A stretch of 64,000 nt of DNA from NCBI GenBank assembly GCA_049513025.1, contig JBEKWM010000002.1, forward strand, positions 123,280-187,279, read 5' to 3'. This DNA comes from Sedimentisphaerales bacterium. GTDB taxonomy: Bacteria; Planctomycetota; Phycisphaerae; Sedimentisphaerales; Anaerobacaceae. The notes beneath the pieces are model-generated. The model made no database searches and had not been told where the DNA came from. It saw only the letters and a program-made list of their open reading frames with translations. This document shows, piece after piece, positions 1 through 9,504 of this stretch (positions within the stretch are counted from its first letter, which is position 1; every line of letters begins with the position of its first letter). The position numbers and the translations under genes were made by a program.

Positions 1-244
1 ACTGCTTGCCGACGAGCCGACGGGGAATTTGGATACAAAAACAAGCAACAGCATATTAGGGCTTTTCGACGAGCTTCACAGGCAGGGACAGACGATAGTG
101 ATGGTAACGCACGAATATGATGTTGCGCAGCACGCCAAGAGAATAATAAGGATGCAGGACGGTAACATTTGCAGTGACAGGACAACGGCAGAGGACAACA
201 TACACGAACAGAAGCCGGACAAAAAGGCGGAGGATGCAGGATGA
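1..244 (+). CDS. ABC transporter ATP-binding protein, C-terminal fragment (starts upstream of window)
   Basis: Frame from nt 2 reads [11 protein letters not shown] (Walker B/D-loop) then VMVTHE (H-loop). Stop TGA 242-244 overlaps the next ATG (ATGA coupling). Confidence 0.85.
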   Translation, partial: LLADEPTGNLDTKTSNSILGLFDELHRQGQTIVMVTHEYDVAQHAKRIIRMQDGNICSDRTTAEDNIHEQKPDKKAEDAG

Positions 245-1500
245 GAAGATTGCTTGCCATGCCGCTTATGTTCATCCGGCTTGTTTACCAGAGCGTTTAT
301 CTCGCTCTTGGGCAGATATGGGCCAACAAAACGAGGTCCATACTTACGACAATTGGAATAGTTATTGGCGTCGCGTCTGTGACGGCGGTGATAGCAGCAT
401 TGACGGGCCTCAAGGCAAAAATCCTCAGCCAGGTCGAGACATTCGGCAGCAACACGATAATAGTTCAACCACAACTGCCGGATAAAGGACTTAAACGCAC
501 GCTGACGTGGTGGGACATAAGATTTAAAATCAGGGAATTTGAAGGGCTTTTGGAGCATTGCCCTTCGCTTGAGCGATACACGCGGATAAGCGAGGTCGGG
601 CAGTACACGGTTAAATACGGAGAGAAGTCGGTGCAGAACGCTCACGTTTACGGTGTGGAGCCGGCGTGGCATTCGATTGAGCACAGACCAATTGTCATAG
701 GCCGTGAATTATCGGATATAGACACGGGGCGGATGGTTTGTCTGATAGAGCCGGAACTTCGCGATAAGCTGGGCATGGATCGGGACTGTATCGGTGAAAC
801 GATTCGAATAGGATTCAGGAATTTCCGTATAATCGGGGTTATTGAAAAACGCAACGACCTTCAATTCGGCGGCGGTGGACAGGAGCGATACGAAATAATT
901 GTTCCTTTCGATGCGGCTTCAAAATTTCAGAGGGAATTCTGGATATGGGCATTTGCCGAGGGTAAGTCAACAGATGTCCTCGAAGAAGGCGTGGGGGAAT
1001 TGAAATTTTTCTTCCGCCGTGAGAGACACCTCAGCCCTGACGAGCCGGATACTTTCAGGGTTGAGTCCCTCAAAAGCGCGATACAGACGTTCAATAATAT
1101 ATCGCTTATAGTAACGCTGGTTGCTGGCGGCATCGTCGGCATTTCGCTTTTAGTCGGCGGAGTAGGCATTATGAACATAATGCTCGTCTCGATATCCGAG
1201 CGGACGAAGGAAATCGGTCTGCGCAAAGCCGTCGGCGCAAAGAAGTCCGCCATATTAACGCAATTTTTAATTGAAGCGATAATATTGTGCTTCGTGGGCG
1301 GACTTGTTGGAGTAGGTGTGGGATGGGGTCTGACTTTTGTGATAGCACATTCAAATGCGCTGCTGGCGAAGACATATATACCGGCCTGGGCGATAGCTCT
1401 GTCATTTGGTTTTGCGGGGACAGTGGGAATAGTATTCGGAATGTTCCCGGCGATAAAAGCGGCGAGATTGGACCCGATAGAGGCGTTGAGACATGAATAA
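241..1500 (+). CDS. ABC transporter permease, MacB-like periplasmic domain + FtsX family
   Basis: 419 aa. N-terminal TM helix, large periplasmic insert, then C-terminal 3-TM FtsX-type block ([16 protein letters not shown]...). Coupled to the upstream ATPase. Confidence 0.85.
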   Translation: MRRLLAMPLMFIRLVYQSVYLALGQIWANKTRSILTTIGIVIGVASVTAVIAALTGLKAKILSQVETFGSNTIIVQPQLPDKGLKRTLTWWDIRFKIREFEGLLEHCPSLERYTRISEVGQYTVKYGEKSVQNAHVYGVEPAWHSIEHRPIVIGRELSDIDTGRMVCLIEPELRDKLGMDRDCIGETIRIGFRNFRIIGVIEKRNDLQFGGGGQERYEIIVPFDAASKFQREFWIWAFAEGKSTDVLEEGVGELKFFFRRERHLSPDEPDTFRVESLKSAIQTFNNISLIVTLVAGGIVGISLLVGGVGIMNIMLVSISERTKEIGLRKAVGAKKSAILTQFLIEAIILCFVGGLVGVGVGWGLTFVIAHSNALLAKTYIPAWAIALSFGFAGTVGIVFGMFPAIKAARLDPIEALRHE

Positions 1501-3136
1501 GAGGATGAAAATTGTGAGAACACTTGCTTTTGTAATTGCGTTGGGCGCATTGTTTTTTTGGGCCGGCTGCGAGGAATTTACGAAAGAGGATGATTTTCTC
1601 GATGTAAAGGTAAAGCCGGAGCAAACCAGGGCCGTTGATACGCTGAAGTTCACCGCCAAAGCGGATGCAAACGATGGAATAGACATAAATAGGCCGGCGG
1701 AAAAAGAGATAACGCTGAGCATTGAGCAGTGCCGGGCGATGACGCTGAAGAATAACCTGGATTTGAAGGTTCAGTTGATAGAGCCGACGATAGCGGCTAA
1801 GCAGGTAAGCGCGGAAGAGGCGAAATTTGAGTCGTCATTTTTCTCGAATTTAACTTACGGTAATATAGACCAGCCGTCGGTTATAGTTGAACAAGCACAG
1901 AAATACAAAACCCAAACGGTTGACCTTGGGGTTCAGGTTCCATTGCAGACAGGCGGAACAGCGAAATTTGACCTCGCGGATAATCGCACCAACATTTCCA
2001 TTGGGAACTATAGCGAGGTAATTTACACGCCGACGACCACGTTTTCGATAAGTCAGCCATTGCTGCGAGGCGCCGGTAAGCGTGTGAATACATATTCGAT
2101 AAGGGTTCTGGAATATCAGCGGCAAATAACCGATGCGATGACAAAGTTAGAGGTGATACGGGTTTTGGCCAATGCCGACCGTGGGTACTGGCGGTTGTAT
2201 GCGGCAAGAAAAGAGCTTGAGGTTCGTCAGCAGGAATACGAGTCGGCGCAGGCGCAGTTGGCGCAGACGAGAAGAATGGTGGCTCTTGGGGAAAAGGCGG
2301 CGGTGGAGGAGACGCGGTCGGAAGCCGGTGTGGCGGAGCGGTTAGACGGGATAATCACGGCAAAAAAGGCGATGGGGGATAGGCAGAGGGAGCTGAAACA
2401 GATAATGAATGAAGCGGGCCTGGGCATTGACTCGCCCGCTTTGGTAGTTCCGATGACTGAGCCGGACCCTGTGCGATATGAGATAGATAAAGAACGATTG
2501 ACGAAATCCGCGGTGGAGAACCGGATGGAGATGCTGGAAGTGGAATTGCAGCTTGCGCAGGATTCGAGCACAGTGGATTATTATAAAAATCAGATGCTGC
2601 CTTTGGTTGCGATGGACTACACATACAATATGAACGGCATTGGAGCAGCAAGAAGCGATGCTTATGATATGATGTTTGACAGAACTTCTGAAAGTTACAC
2701 GGTTGGGATGAACCTGATTATGCCCCTTGGTAATGAGGCGGCGAAGAGCCGGCTTCTTGAGGCGCAATATCGCAAAAGGCAGCGATTATTCACCAAGGAG
2801 AATCGGCGGATACAGATTGAGACGGAGGTGCTTGGTGCTATTGAGCAGTTGGAGGCGAATTGGCAAAGTATCCTGGCGGGCAGACAGAATTCAATTTTAG
2901 CGGGTCGGCTATATGAGGCGGAAAAGAGGCAGTTTGTGGTTGGGCTTCGAACGGCTACCGACGTGCTTGATGCGCAGGCAAAATTCGCAAATGCCCAGAG
3001 TACCGAGATTCGGGCTCTGACCGAATACCAGATAGCGCAGGTTGACCTGGCATACGCGACTGGGACGCTTTTGGGGGCGGCAAAGGTCCGCTGGGAGCCA
3101 ATTGTGCCAAATGTCAACAGAACGGATGTCAGGTAG
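1493..3136 (+). CDS. TolC-family outer-membrane efflux protein (lipoprotein-type signal)
   Basis: 547 aa. Signal ending LFFWAGC. Two long coiled-coil/beta-barrel repeats typical of OEP/TolC proteins. Overlaps the permease stop by 8 nt. Confidence 0.8.
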   Translation: MNKRMKIVRTLAFVIALGALFFWAGCEEFTKEDDFLDVKVKPEQTRAVDTLKFTAKADANDGIDINRPAEKEITLSIEQCRAMTLKNNLDLKVQLIEPTIAAKQVSAEEAKFESSFFSNLTYGNIDQPSVIVEQAQKYKTQTVDLGVQVPLQTGGTAKFDLADNRTNISIGNYSEVIYTPTTTFSISQPLLRGAGKRVNTYSIRVLEYQRQITDAMTKLEVIRVLANADRGYWRLYAARKELEVRQQEYESAQAQLAQTRRMVALGEKAAVEETRSEAGVAERLDGIITAKKAMGDRQRELKQIMNEAGLGIDSPALVVPMTEPDPVRYEIDKERLTKSAVENRMEMLEVELQLAQDSSTVDYYKNQMLPLVAMDYTYNMNGIGAARSDAYDMMFDRTSESYTVGMNLIMPLGNEAAKSRLLEAQYRKRQRLFTKENRRIQIETEVLGAIEQLEANWQSILAGRQNSILAGRLYEAEKRQFVVGLRTATDVLDAQAKFANAQSTEIRALTEYQIAQVDLAYATGTLLGAAKVRWEPIVPNVNRTDVR

Positions 3137-3245
3137 ATATCAGCTATGGGCTTTTTTTAGCTAATTAAAGGGGCCCAAAACGTAACATCTTGCTAAATAA
3201 CAGGTTAGGAGTAACGAAAACTTTTTAAAAAAACTAAAAAAGGGC

Positions 3246-3275
3246 TTGCAAAAAGCTAAGAGTAAAGTGTATAAT
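3246..3275 (+). promoter_or_regulatory. sigma70-like promoter (TTGCAA-18 nt-TATAAT) in a convergent intergenic region
   Basis: TTGCAA at 3246-3251 and TATAAT at 3270-3275. No downstream + strand CDS. Confidence 0.35.
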
Positions 3276-3281
3276 AGATGG

Positions 3282-3412
3282 TGAAAAGTAAATAGTTCTT
3301 TTCTTCCAATACGGTCTTGGTTTCTGTAGGGCAGCGGAAATCTAAATAACTGTGTAATATTTTACCACTGTCTTACAATAGCCGGAGTGAGTAACTCCGG
3401 CTTTTTTATTTT
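3282..3412 (+). ncRNA. candidate small RNA of about 130 nt (orphan promoter to intrinsic terminator)
   Basis: Bounded by the promoter above and the hairpin+T-tract at 3380-3412. GGTGAAAA (3280-3287) can pair with TTTTACC (3360-3366). Only a 5-codon ORF lies inside. Confidence 0.3.
3380..3412 (+). terminator. Rho-independent terminator
   Basis: Stem AGCCGGAG / CTCCGGCT with a 7-nt loop, followed by TTTTTTATTTT. Confidence 0.6.
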
Positions 3413-3501
3413 GGCTTGAATACCCTTTGGCCCAACAGCCGCAACATTTGAGAACTATGGCGCTGGCCATGAAAGCCGCAAAGACATTTATGCCGGCTAT
3501 C

Positions 3502-6500
3502 CTACGGCCAGAGTATTACAGTCCTCCACTCCTGTCCCAGGATAGCGAAATCAGCAAAGTTGACAATCTGATTCGCGTCTGTTGGTAATCCCCCGTCCGT
3601 GTTGAGATTAGCCGGGGAAATCAGCGGTATGATGGGGACAAATCCGCCATCTGATGCTAAGTAAGCAATTTCTTCCGCTGACAAGCAATAGTCATAAACT
3701 TGGAAGTCGTCGATTCTGCCGTTCCACATGCCCCAGTTGCCGCCGCTTGTGCCGATGCGGAATGCTCCGACGTTCGGGTCAAACAATGGTCCATAAGCAT
3801 TCGCATTCGGATCGCCAGGTTGACCATTGGCGTCGCAATGACCAATCAGAGAACCATTACAATAAACTTTCATACTATAGTCGGACTTTGTGAACGCCCA
3901 GTGGTTCCATCTCCCGCCATAGTCGCTTTCGCGCATATTGAATGCCGAAGCGGTCGCCGAAGGTGATGTCTTGATGAAGACAGTGCCAGGACCGGTTGGG
4001 TAGGTCGGCGGGAACGGACTCGGGCAATGGACTACCAGTGTTTCAATATTTACAGCCCCGTTCCAGACGCTAAACAGACCGTTCCAGGAGCTTCGCATGT
4101 TGCCTGCGGTCGTATCTGCATTAATCCAGACCGCGAAGCTTATGCCGCCCCCGCCGGGTGTAGTATGATTAGCGTCGCCCATAAAGCTCAACGACGCTAC
4201 CGGGACATTAACATAGCACCCAGCACCCGGAGGCAGGTAGAGACAGCCGTTACCATCACGGCCACCGATAATGTCCCAGTTTTGCGCTATAAAGTTTGTG
4301 ACGGTGCCTGTATAGAGGTTCGGGTCACCTATTCCCGAGTCGACAGGGTTAGCTATTTGGCCGGACTCGTTAAACTTGTACCAAAGTATCGGAGCTTTTG
4401 AGGGTGGCATTACAGGGAAGGGGATGGGTTCAGCTTTCAGGAGCCAGTCGTTCACGAAGATATCCAAATCATTGATGTCCACATCACAATCCCCGTCCAG
4501 GTCGGCCTTTGGGCCGAATTGCGGAACACACATCGGGACGTACAGCCGGATATTGTCGAACATCACGTTGCCGTCGCCGCCGCCGAAATCCCAGTTGTTG
4601 CATCTGATACCAAAACCTACGGCGAAGCCGCTTATCGCTTCCATGTTTACAGGAAGTGGATCGCCTGCGGCGTTGATGTCTGTGAGTTTGCTGTACCACG
4701 ATGTCCAGTTGCTCACCTGCGCAGCATTGCCATCTGGATTATCGTAAAAGCTTACATTACCCGCTGTATCTTCAATCGCCACATACATCCTGTCGTAAAC
4801 CGGGTCAACCGCGTTAATTGCGGTGCCGCGATAATCGATTCGCAACGCCTTGGGCGCGGGAGAGAGAGCACCGCCGCCTGTAAAACTGGTGCCTCCGCTG
4901 TACGGACGTTTGGCCTCTGAGAAGGCCATGACCCCGCTGCCGCCATTGCGATAGGTGTATTGCAGATGCTTTCCGGTTGCGTCTCGTACCAAAACGCGTC
5001 CGGCATTACCGGTTAAACTGGTGCAACCGGTAACCGAATAACCATCCGGCCAGTTGGCGGTCAACTCATCTGTGCTGTTGTAATCCTCAAAGTCGTCGAT
5101 GTTAATGTACGCAGCAGGGGTAAAGCTCCAGACGGTGCCTTTGCCACCCATTAATGTGGTGCCGTTAACTTCATCGATGCGCCAGTAGTAGGTGACGCCC
5201 GGAGTTAAGACAAAAGATGCTCCTGGGGGATTAGCCCCGTTTTCCAGTAATCTGCTGAGCGGATAAACGGGATCGCTTACCGTGCCTCTGTATCGTCCGT
5301 CTGTATGATTGGTGTTCGCATTGTAAATAGCTCCGGAATTCGTGCCGAAGTATACCCTGTGTACGCCTGTCCAGTCGCCTGCCGTCCAGCTTAACTGCAA
5401 CGGTTCACTAAGCGATGTAGCGCCGTCTACTGGCTTTGGATTGTAGGCCTTGCCGTCATGGGTTGTGAATTTCCAGACAAGACCTTGCGCTAACACGTTG
5501 CTGTCGTTTGTCTCGTCGATTCTCCAATAGTAATCGGTATACATTTTGAAATTAAAATCGGCAATAGTCCAGTTGTGCGGGTCGCTGTTTGCGTCATATC
5601 TCGAACCTTGGTATACAAGTGATCCTGTTGATGTTCCGAAATACACATCGTGCTGTTTTGCCAAATCACCTTCTTGCCAGCTAAGCGTGATGCTGTTGCC
5701 GTCGGGTGTCTTGTAATGAACGTTTGTCGCGTTGTTAGCGGGTTGGGGATCCCAGGCAAGGTTAAAATTAACGGTGTCGGAAAGTGTCGTCCAGGTGCCG
5801 TCGTAAACCGGCGCACCGAGTTCCCATCCGCGAATACAGACAATACGGCCGTTTGTAATATAACCGCTAAGTTCGGTCACGTGATTGCCCTTGAGTTTCA
5901 GCGTCCCGCCGTTGACGTTAATCCGGTTTTCCGGCCTATCCTGACGAAAGACAAAGTTCGGGTCGGTGGTGCATTCCAGAGTCCCGCCATAAAGATTTAC
6001 ATCACCGTAATAAATCGCGATTCTCGGGACACTGACAAGCCCGCCGTACATATTCAAAATGCCATAGGAATCACCGTAAGTGCTTCCACCGCCGCCAATG
6101 GTCATTCCGCATAAGTTGGTCGAATTGGCCGAGTTTGGCGTGGTAACTGTGCCGCCATAAACATTGACAATAGCTCTGCTGACAAGAGTTTCTCCGCCCA
6201 ACTTTGAGTCATAATCCGCATGTGAATTGATTTGAACCGTACTGCCGAAATTTACATCCAGCGCGGTACCAGTTACCGTAACAACCGTATCTTGAGCGCC
6301 CCAGGAAGTCGGGTCCCAGGGATTCAGGTCGAGCATCGAACACTGGGCGTTGCCGGTTATACACGGGCCGAGTTGATTCGGCAAAATCTCAACATAATAA
6401 TCGGCATCCGGCACACCAGGAGGACTCCAGTTGTTGGGATTACTCCACGAACAATCGCCGCCTGCAGGAGACCAAAACTTCATACAGTCATCCCAAGGAC

Positions 6501-6579
6501 ACCATGCCAGAGCAGCGGAAACACTCATCAAAAGATATGTTAAAACAATGATTGAACAGATTAGGCGTGTGGTTGACAT
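3502..6579 (-). CDS. large secreted protein with LamG/concanavalin-like C-terminal domain and dockerin/EF-hand-like segment
   Basis: The ORF is open to 6618, but ATG 6579 is preceded by GAGGAGG (6586-6592) at 6-nt spacing and gives signal peptide MSTTRLICSIIVLTYLLMSVSAALA. Two tandem ~100-aa modules share LSW..G....H.VYFG...YYWRIDE.N...G.VW.FT. Also DLDGDCDVDINDLDIF and a C-terminal LamG-like block (RIDDFQVYDYCLSAEEIAYL). Confidence 0.8.
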   Translation of the reverse strand: MSTTRLICSIIVLTYLLMSVSAALAWCPWDDCMKFWSPAGGDCSWSNPNNWSPPGVPDADYYVEILPNQLGPCITGNAQCSMLDLNPWDPTSWGAQDTVVTVTGTALDVNFGSTVQINSHADYDSKLGGETLVSRAIVNVYGGTVTTPNSANSTNLCGMTIGGGGSTYGDSYGILNMYGGLVSVPRIAIYYGDVNLYGGTLECTTDPNFVFRQDRPENRINVNGGTLKLKGNHVTELSGYITNGRIVCIRGWELGAPVYDGTWTTLSDTVNFNLAWDPQPANNATNVHYKTPDGNSITLSWQEGDLAKQHDVYFGTSTGSLVYQGSRYDANSDPHNWTIADFNFKMYTDYYWRIDETNDSNVLAQGLVWKFTTHDGKAYNPKPVDGATSLSEPLQLSWTAGDWTGVHRVYFGTNSGAIYNANTNHTDGRYRGTVSDPVYPLSRLLENGANPPGASFVLTPGVTYYWRIDEVNGTTLMGGKGTVWSFTPAAYINIDDFEDYNSTDELTANWPDGYSVTGCTSLTGNAGRVLVRDATGKHLQYTYRNGGSGVMAFSEAKRPYSGGTSFTGGGALSPAPKALRIDYRGTAINAVDPVYDRMYVAIEDTAGNVSFYDNPDGNAAQVSNWTSWYSKLTDINAAGDPLPVNMEAISGFAVGFGIRCNNWDFGGGDGNVMFDNIRLYVPMCVPQFGPKADLDGDCDVDINDLDIFVNDWLLKAEPIPFPVMPPSKAPILWYKFNESGQIANPVDSGIGDPNLYTGTVTNFIAQNWDIIGGRDGNGCLYLPPGAGCYVNVPVASLSFMGDANHTTPGGGGISFAVWINADTTAGNMRSSWNGLFSVWNGAVNIETLVVHCPSPFPPTYPTGPGTVFIKTSPSATASAFNMRESDYGGRWNHWAFTKSDYSMKVYCNGSLIGHCDANGQPGDPNANAYGPLFDPNVGAFRIGTSGGNWGMWNGRIDDFQVYDYCLSAEEIAYLASDGGFVPIIPLISPANLNTDGGLPTDANQIVNFADFAILGQEWRTVILWP

Positions 6580-6811
6580 TGGTAACCTCCTCAAAATCTT
6601 CATATAAGGCCTCTCCAAAGCGAATTCGGCAACGTCGGATGCCCCCTCGCATCCAGTCCCAATTATCCTACCTATACTTTATAGACCGGGGCTGAATTTG
6701 TCAAGGAAATCGCGGTTTTTTTGATTTGAGATTGGATTTGCCTAAATACCTGCAAATGAAGAGGTTGCGAGTGATATAAATGCGAGAAAAATGACCGGTT
6801 CCCGGCAGATT

Positions 6812-7009
6812 TTAGCAGGGGCCGCTTGCGCTTATGTGAGCGGCCAGAAGGATGTGCCTGAGCCGGTCAACGTTGAGTTGATTGAGATAATCTTCGGTGA
6901 AGTCCAGCTTGAACCGGCCGTGGAAATTCTTGATGCGTCTTTTAAGCTCTTCCCTGTCAAGGGCTGCGATTGAGGTTGTGGTCTGTTCAAAAAATTCTTT
7001 CGAAGGCAT
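6812..7009 (-). CDS. hypothetical small protein (65 aa from the best start)
   Basis: The ORF extends to 7066, but only ATG 7009 has an SD-like GAGGTGAT just upstream. No recognisable motif. Confidence 0.4.
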   Translation of the reverse strand: MPSKEFFEQTTTSIAALDREELKRRIKNFHGRFKLDFTEDYLNQLNVDRLRHILLAAHISASGPC

Positions 7010-7205
7010 TGCATCACCTCTCATTTCTACGACGCATTTGCGAAACCGGGCCAACAATTCCGCCATAAGCGGACAAGTTTCGTATCGACGGGGCGATGGC
7101 GTCGCTTTTGCACGAATTGACTCTTTGCGTCGAAACCGTTGAAATCCGCCTGCGATTGCGAAAAAAATAGTATACGATTTGAGTATGGTCTGATAAGTTT
7201 CTGGT

Positions 7206-8255
7206 ATGAAGACCGAAGAACTGGATTATTGCCTGCCGGAAGAGTTGATTGCGCAGCAGCCGGCGAAAAACCGCAGCCAGTCCCGACTGCTGGTTTTAAA
7301 CAGACCAACCGGTCAACTAATCGACACCCGGTTCGCCAAAGTCGGGGAATTTCTGCGCAAGGGCGATTGCCTTGTCTTAAACGATACAAAGGTATTGGCT
7401 GCACGTTTCTTCGCGAAACGTCAGACGGGGGGCTCGCTCGAAGGGCTGTTTTTGAATCAACAGGATAAAGGCCTCTGGGAGGTAATGCTCAAAGGCCTCG
7501 GCAAAGTCAAAACGGGGGAACACATCTGGTTCAAGGATATCAAAGGCGACGATTTTTGTCGCGCGGAAGTAATTGAGAAAAAAAGCGACGGCAAGTGCCT
7601 TCTGAAAATCGAAGCCGAATTGCCGGCAGAAAAAACGCTTCAAAAAATTGGGTTTCCCCCCCTGCCGCCGTATATCAGGCGCGACACCGATTTGCGCCAG
7701 GCCGCGAAAGACAGGCAAAGATACCAGACGGTTTACGCCCGCAATTTGGGGGCAGTGGCCGCACCGACGGCCGGATTGCATTTCACCAAAAAGTTGATTG
7801 AGACGCTCGAAACGCGGGGCGTTGAATTCGCATACGTCACGCTGGCCGTGGGCGAGGGGACGTTCAAGCCCGTGACCGCCGAAACGCTCGAAGAACATCA
7901 GATACACGAGGAACGATTCAGCATCGACGAAAGAAACGTGGGCGTAATAAACAAAACCAGGGAAAAAGGCGGCAGGGTAATCGCCGTCGGAACAACCTCG
8001 GTCCGCGTTTTGGAAACCGCGACCGCACAGGGACAACTGTCGGCGATGACTGATTCAACGCGATTGTTTATCAAGCCGGGATACAAATTCAGAATGGTTG
8101 ACGGGATGGTAACAAATTTTCACCTTCCCAAATCAACGCTGCTCGCCCTTGTCGGCGCTTTCGCCGGGCTTGATACGATACTCGCCGCTTACCGATACGC
8201 TATTGAGAAGCGATACCGTTTTTACTCTTACGGCGACGCGATGCTAATAATTTGA
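7206..8255 (+). CDS. queA: S-adenosylmethionine:tRNA ribosyltransferase-isomerase
   Basis: 349 aa. N-terminus LDYCLPEELIAQQPAKNRSQSRLLVL, internal PPLPPYI and C-terminal RFYSYGDAML are characteristic QueA blocks. Confidence 0.95.
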   Translation: MKTEELDYCLPEELIAQQPAKNRSQSRLLVLNRPTGQLIDTRFAKVGEFLRKGDCLVLNDTKVLAARFFAKRQTGGSLEGLFLNQQDKGLWEVMLKGLGKVKTGEHIWFKDIKGDDFCRAEVIEKKSDGKCLLKIEAELPAEKTLQKIGFPPLPPYIRRDTDLRQAAKDRQRYQTVYARNLGAVAAPTAGLHFTKKLIETLETRGVEFAYVTLAVGEGTFKPVTAETLEEHQIHEERFSIDERNVGVINKTREKGGRVIAVGTTSVRVLETATAQGQLSAMTDSTRLFIKPGYKFRMVDGMVTNFHLPKSTLLALVGAFAGLDTILAAYRYAIEKRYRFYSYGDAMLII

Positions 8256-8333
8256 CATTCGATGCTGATGGGGTTATATATTTGGGCAAGGGAATATCGA
8301 ATAATGGATTATCGTATAAGCAGGAGTTTAGAT

Positions 8334-9488
8334 ATGAACAAGAGAATTCTGGTTGGCGTGGTTTTGATGGCAGTTGTGGTTTACGTGAGCAGTTGCTGCG
8401 AAATGAAATGCTGTGCTAAAAAATGTAAGGAGCCGGGAAAAATGAGCGTTAAAGTCCAACCTTTTGGGAAAACACAGGACGGTCAGCAAGTTGATATCGT
8501 GACACTTACAAACGACAAGTGCCTTACGGCCAAAATAATGACCTACGGCGGAATTATTGTTTCGTTTGAGGCGCCGGACAAAAATGGCAAACCGGGTGAT
8601 ATCGTGCTGGGATTTGATAATTTGGACGGTTACCTCAAAGGGCATCCGTATTTCGGCGCGATAATCGGTCGATACGGCAACCGTATCGCCGGGGCGAAAT
8701 TTACCTTGGACGGCAAGGAATATAAGCTTGCGGCAAACAATGGAGAGAATTCTCTGCACGGCGGGATAGTCGGCTTTGATAAAGTTGTCTGGAAAATTGA
8801 GAAGGCCGAGGCAAAGGGGAATAAAGCCGAATTAAAACTCAGCTATACCAGCAAGGACGGCGAGGAAGGTTTCTCGGGGAATCTCAAGTGCATAGTTACT
8901 TATACCCTAACATCGGATAATAAACTGGAAATGAAATATGAGGCGACAACGGATAAACCCACCGTCGTGAACCTGACGAATCACGCATATTGGAACCTCG
9001 CGGGGCAGGGTAACGGCGACGTCCTTGGCCACGAGTTGATGATAAACGCCGACAAATACACGCCCGTAGATAAGGGGCTGATACCGACGGGCGAATTAAA
9101 AGACGTGAAGGACACACCGTTGGATTTCACAAAGCCAATGACGATTGGCTCGAGAATAAAGCAAATTGATATCGGCGGCTACGACCATAACTACGTCCTC
9201 AAGGGCAAGGTGGAAAAAATGAAGCTTGCGGCGAAAGTATATGAGCCGACCAGCGGACGAGTGATGGAAATACAGACGACCGAGCCGGGCATTCAATTTT
9301 ACAGCAGCATCGGGCTTGATGGTTCGCTCAAAGGCAAGGACGGCAAGGTCTATAATAAATTCGGCGCGTTCTGCTTAGAGACGCAGCATTATCCTGATTC
9401 GCCTAACAAGCCGACTTTCCCATCGACAGTGTTGCGGCCAGGTGAAAAATACGAGACGGTGACAATACACACGTTCTCAACAAAATAA
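8334..9488 (+). CDS. galM: aldose 1-epimerase (galactose mutarotase), lipoprotein-type signal
   Basis: ATG 8334 is preceded by AGGAG (8322-8326). Signal MNKRILVGVVLMAVVVYVSSC. Motifs NSLHGGIVGFDKVVW, TNHAYWNL and CLETQHYPDSPN. Confidence 0.9.
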   Translation: MNKRILVGVVLMAVVVYVSSCCEMKCCAKKCKEPGKMSVKVQPFGKTQDGQQVDIVTLTNDKCLTAKIMTYGGIIVSFEAPDKNGKPGDIVLGFDNLDGYLKGHPYFGAIIGRYGNRIAGAKFTLDGKEYKLAANNGENSLHGGIVGFDKVVWKIEKAEAKGNKAELKLSYTSKDGEEGFSGNLKCIVTYTLTSDNKLEMKYEATTDKPTVVNLTNHAYWNLAGQGNGDVLGHELMINADKYTPVDKGLIPTGELKDVKDTPLDFTKPMTIGSRIKQIDIGGYDHNYVLKGKVEKMKLAAKVYEPTSGRVMEIQTTEPGIQFYSSIGLDGSLKGKDGKVYNKFGAFCLETQHYPDSPNKPTFPSTVLRPGEKYETVTIHTFSTK

Positions 9489-9504
9489 AACCGTTGGTCG
9501 GCGT

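Noticed and set aside
1-3136. Missing MacA/HlyD adaptor in the ABC-permease-TolC operon
   Set aside because: The window starts inside the ATPase gene, so the adaptor is most likely encoded upstream. This is not evidence of an unusual pump.
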